Notes under the pieces: model-generated
Databases searched by the model: none
What the model saw: the letters and a program-made list of their open reading frames with translations, nothing else
What the model was told of the DNA's origin: nothing
Program-made: the position numbers and the translations under genes
Shown here: positions 61,970 to 64,000 of the stretch, one piece after another
Position numbering within the stretch: the first letter of the stretch is position 1
How the letters are laid out: each line of letters begins with the position of its first letter
From: Andalucia godoyi And28
Taxonomy: Eukaryota > Protista > Jakobida
Direction: 5' to 3'
Length of the DNA stretch: 64,000 bases
Assembly: GCA_009859145.1 (NCBI GenBank)
Contig: VRVR01000037.1
Coordinates: 181,885 to 245,884 of the forward strand

Positions 61970-64000
61970 ATGTCTTCGAGCGGCGAAGAAAGTGATGGCC
62001 AGGACGTGAATTCGGCAGAGTCGACGTTCGCGCTGCTCAGCCCGTTCTATTCACACTTGTTTGTTTCGTGCTCCATGCTGAAGCGGTACCTTGTGCAGCC
62101 GGCGGTGTTTCAGCTGGCATGGTGCGCAAGCCTCACTGTTTTTGCACTGTCTTGGTTTTTCCGGAATGAGATGCGCACGCCAATCCGGGACTCTCTAACA
62201 GCCTCGGTCATCGTCTGGGTCTTTTTCGCAATCTCCTTCTTGACGCTGATAGGATTCCTGACCATGTTTTCGCGGTTCAGCTACGGGGACGCCGGCAACA
62301 CAGTCCTGACGATCGTGGTGCGGTGGATCGGGTGGTTCATGTTCGCGACCATCCCCATCCAGTACATGGTGCTTCGTGCGTACGCCCTGGAGGAGAACTC
62401 CATTCTGGGATCCCGGGTGGGCAGCGCAGAAAGCGTCATCCTCTTGGTGCATTTTTCTTGGACGCTGTTCATCGAGGGGCCCTTCTTGACCTTTTTCTGC
62501 AGCGACGTGGGCCCACTGGACCTCTCGCTTCAGGCAGTCTCCATGGGCATCTTCCCGTTCTCCGCGTTTGCCGTCCAAGTGCTGCTGCTTGTGATCGACT
62601 TCATTTCGATCGCAGTGAGCCTGCGCGTCGTCTTCTACATTTTTGCCTTTTTCTTTTCATTCTGCATCTTGGCCGCCTTTCTGTATGTTCTCCCGTGGCG
62701 CTTGCCCGAAGGAAATGTGCTCATGATGTATCCTTTTCTTGCCATCATTGTCGTCGCAGCGTTTGAAGTATCCGACACCCGCCAACCGGAAATTGTCGTG
62801 CCTGTGCTGCTGCTCTCCTTTCTGTTCTTGTGGGTCTGCACCGTGCTGTCGTTCACGCGGCATGCGACGAAGCGCAAACGTCTGGACCGCGCTCCGATGC
62901 AGAGCGGCCTTCCTCCGTCGGAGGCCGACGTGTTTGACCACGACCTGTTTCTGCTGTCGCAGTGTGCAGATCCGTTTGACTGTGATGTGGCATTGAGGGC
63001 CATTCTTCGATCGAGACTTGGGATGTCGAACGTACATTCGGTTCCGTTCTGCTTTGGTCTCTCGGGAACAAGCGATCTGACGATGGAGCATGGCCAGGAG
63101 ATTCTCCAGCTGTACTCGACCGCCCTCGACATCTTTCCGCTTTCGCCGTTTCTCGCCGGCCAGTTCTGTCTGCTGGGCTACCAGCTGAACATGGCTGCAG
63201 GCCGCACGTACGTCTGGACGCAGTCGGCAAGCATTGTCCGACTGGCGCTGATGCAAAAGGTGCGCTCCATCTGGAGCGCGTCGGCAACGTTTGAGTTTTA
63301 CCACGGCTTGCTTTCGCTGCGGTCGTCGACGGACACCGTGGGGGCGGACGGCAACTTGGGCCTTCGGCAGATTCGTGCAGAAATGGGAGCTCTCGATCGC
63401 ATCCGGAAGGAGATTGTGGTCGTTACGGCGATTTTCTGGAAGGAGATCATGTCGATGACGTCGCAGTCTCGAGTGGATCAGCAGACGCGGAATTTCGTTT
63501 CCAAGCGCGGTTTCTTCCGGAAGTGGACTGCGCGATCGTGGGAGTCTACGTTTGATCTCTCGCACCTGTGGTCCATCTTGTCGTACATGGAGGACCTTGA
63601 GAAGCGTGGATCCATGATCATCCTGCGCATGGAGGGCATGCCCATGGTGACCCCTGAAATGCTGCGGTGCCGCGCCCGATGGTTCAACGACGTGGAGCAC
63701 AATGGCGAGTTGTCTTCCAAGCTGCTGACCCAAGCCGACACCCTGGAAGACCACATGACGCGATTTTCTCGCCGTCCTGCAGCAGATGGTTTCCACAGCC
63801 GAGATTCCCGCAAGCCCCATGTCGCCATTGCGGCCAATCCTGTTCCGCGCCCCGCCTCGGGTGTGTCCAGCAGCGATCCGTCCATGCAGCGTAACATTGC
63901 CTTTGATTTGGCGGAGGATCAAAACCAGGATCGAGTCGTCGAGTCCCAGGTCTCCCAGAACAACAATCCCACGCCTGGGTCTGGAGTGGGGTTTGGCACC
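61970..64000 (+). CDS. Partial multi-pass membrane protein with TPR-like cytosolic region, TmcB/TmcC-like; runs off the window end
   Basis: I translated this by hand: 677 codons from ATG 61970 with no stop. Eight or more hydrophobic segments, then LYSTALDIFPLSPFL and AIFWKEIM motifs. Absent from the ORF track because it has no stop codon. Confidence 0.8.
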   Translation, partial: MSSSGEESDGQDVNSAESTFALLSPFYSHLFVSCSMLKRYLVQPAVFQLAWCASLTVFALSWFFRNEMRTPIRDSLTASVIVWVFFAISFLTLIGFLTMFSRFSYGDAGNTVLTIVVRWIGWFMFATIPIQYMVLRAYALEENSILGSRVGSAESVILLVHFSWTLFIEGPFLTFFCSDVGPLDLSLQAVSMGIFPFSAFAVQVLLLVIDFISIAVSLRVVFYIFAFFFSFCILAAFLYVLPWRLPEGNVLMMYPFLAIIVVAAFEVSDTRQPEIVVPVLLLSFLFLWVCTVLSFTRHATKRKRLDRAPMQSGLPPSEADVFDHDLFLLSQCADPFDCDVALRAILRSRLGMSNVHSVPFCFGLSGTSDLTMEHGQEILQLYSTALDIFPLSPFLAGQFCLLGYQLNMAAGRTYVWTQSASIVRLALMQKVRSIWSASATFEFYHGLLSLRSSTDTVGADGNLGLRQIRAEMGALDRIRKEIVVVTAIFWKEIMSMTSQSRVDQQTRNFVSKRGFFRKWTARSWESTFDLSHLWSILSYMEDLEKRGSMIILRMEGMPMVTPEMLRCRARWFNDVEHNGELSSKLLTQADTLEDHMTRFSRRPAADGFHSRDSRKPHVAIAANPVPRPASGVSSSDPSMQRNIAFDLAEDQNQDRVVESQVSQNNNPTPGSGVGFGT

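Noticed and set aside
62657-63922. 421-aa minus-strand ORF
   Set aside because: Antisense shadow of the real plus-strand frame starting at 61970, which has coherent TM segments and codon bias.
53893-64000. Right-end genes (channel, orphan, DUF4246, TmcB-like) as one functional cluster or island
   Set aside because: Mixed orientations, no shared motif or terminal repeats, and only a slight GC difference. Adjacency alone is weak evidence in a eukaryote.

Overview
This is gene-dense, nearly intron-free eukaryotic nuclear DNA, most likely from a flagellated, mitochondriate protist. Evidence for that: CFAP70-, CDC27-, ESF1-, SAM50-, NDUFB7- and syntaxin-like genes; single long ATG-started ORFs on both strands; and short AT-rich spacers full of microsatellites. 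The compact, intron-poor layout would fit a discobid such as a jakobid, but the organism cannot be fixed from sequence alone. About 27 protein-coding genes are supported. Housekeeping genes: LARP4-like, ESF1, SAM50, BLOC1S1, CDC27, TAPT1, QTRT2, NDUFB7, syntaxin-7/12-like and RidA. Signalling and surface genes: an LRR multi-pass receptor, a second related multi-pass protein, GPI-specific phospholipase D, a DOCK-like protein, a TmcB-like protein that runs off the window end and is missed by the ORF track, and a pentameric ligand-gated ion channel. Transcription-factor genes: one Myb and two Zn2Cys6. The most striking item is the ion channel at 53893-56166 (minus strand). It lacks the Cys-loop disulfide and is fused to two N-terminal repeats resembling bacterial adhesin Ig-like modules. 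Other oddities are a Myb gene split across two reading frames, a QTRT2 lacking all four zinc ligands, a DOCK-like protein apparently without its catalytic lobe, a candidate H/ACA guide RNA near 1091-1157, and two unexplained stretches (5600-6870 and 56500-57900). No rRNA, tRNA, CRISPR array or recognisable intact transposon was seen. All family assignments come from motif recognition by eye, not from database searches.
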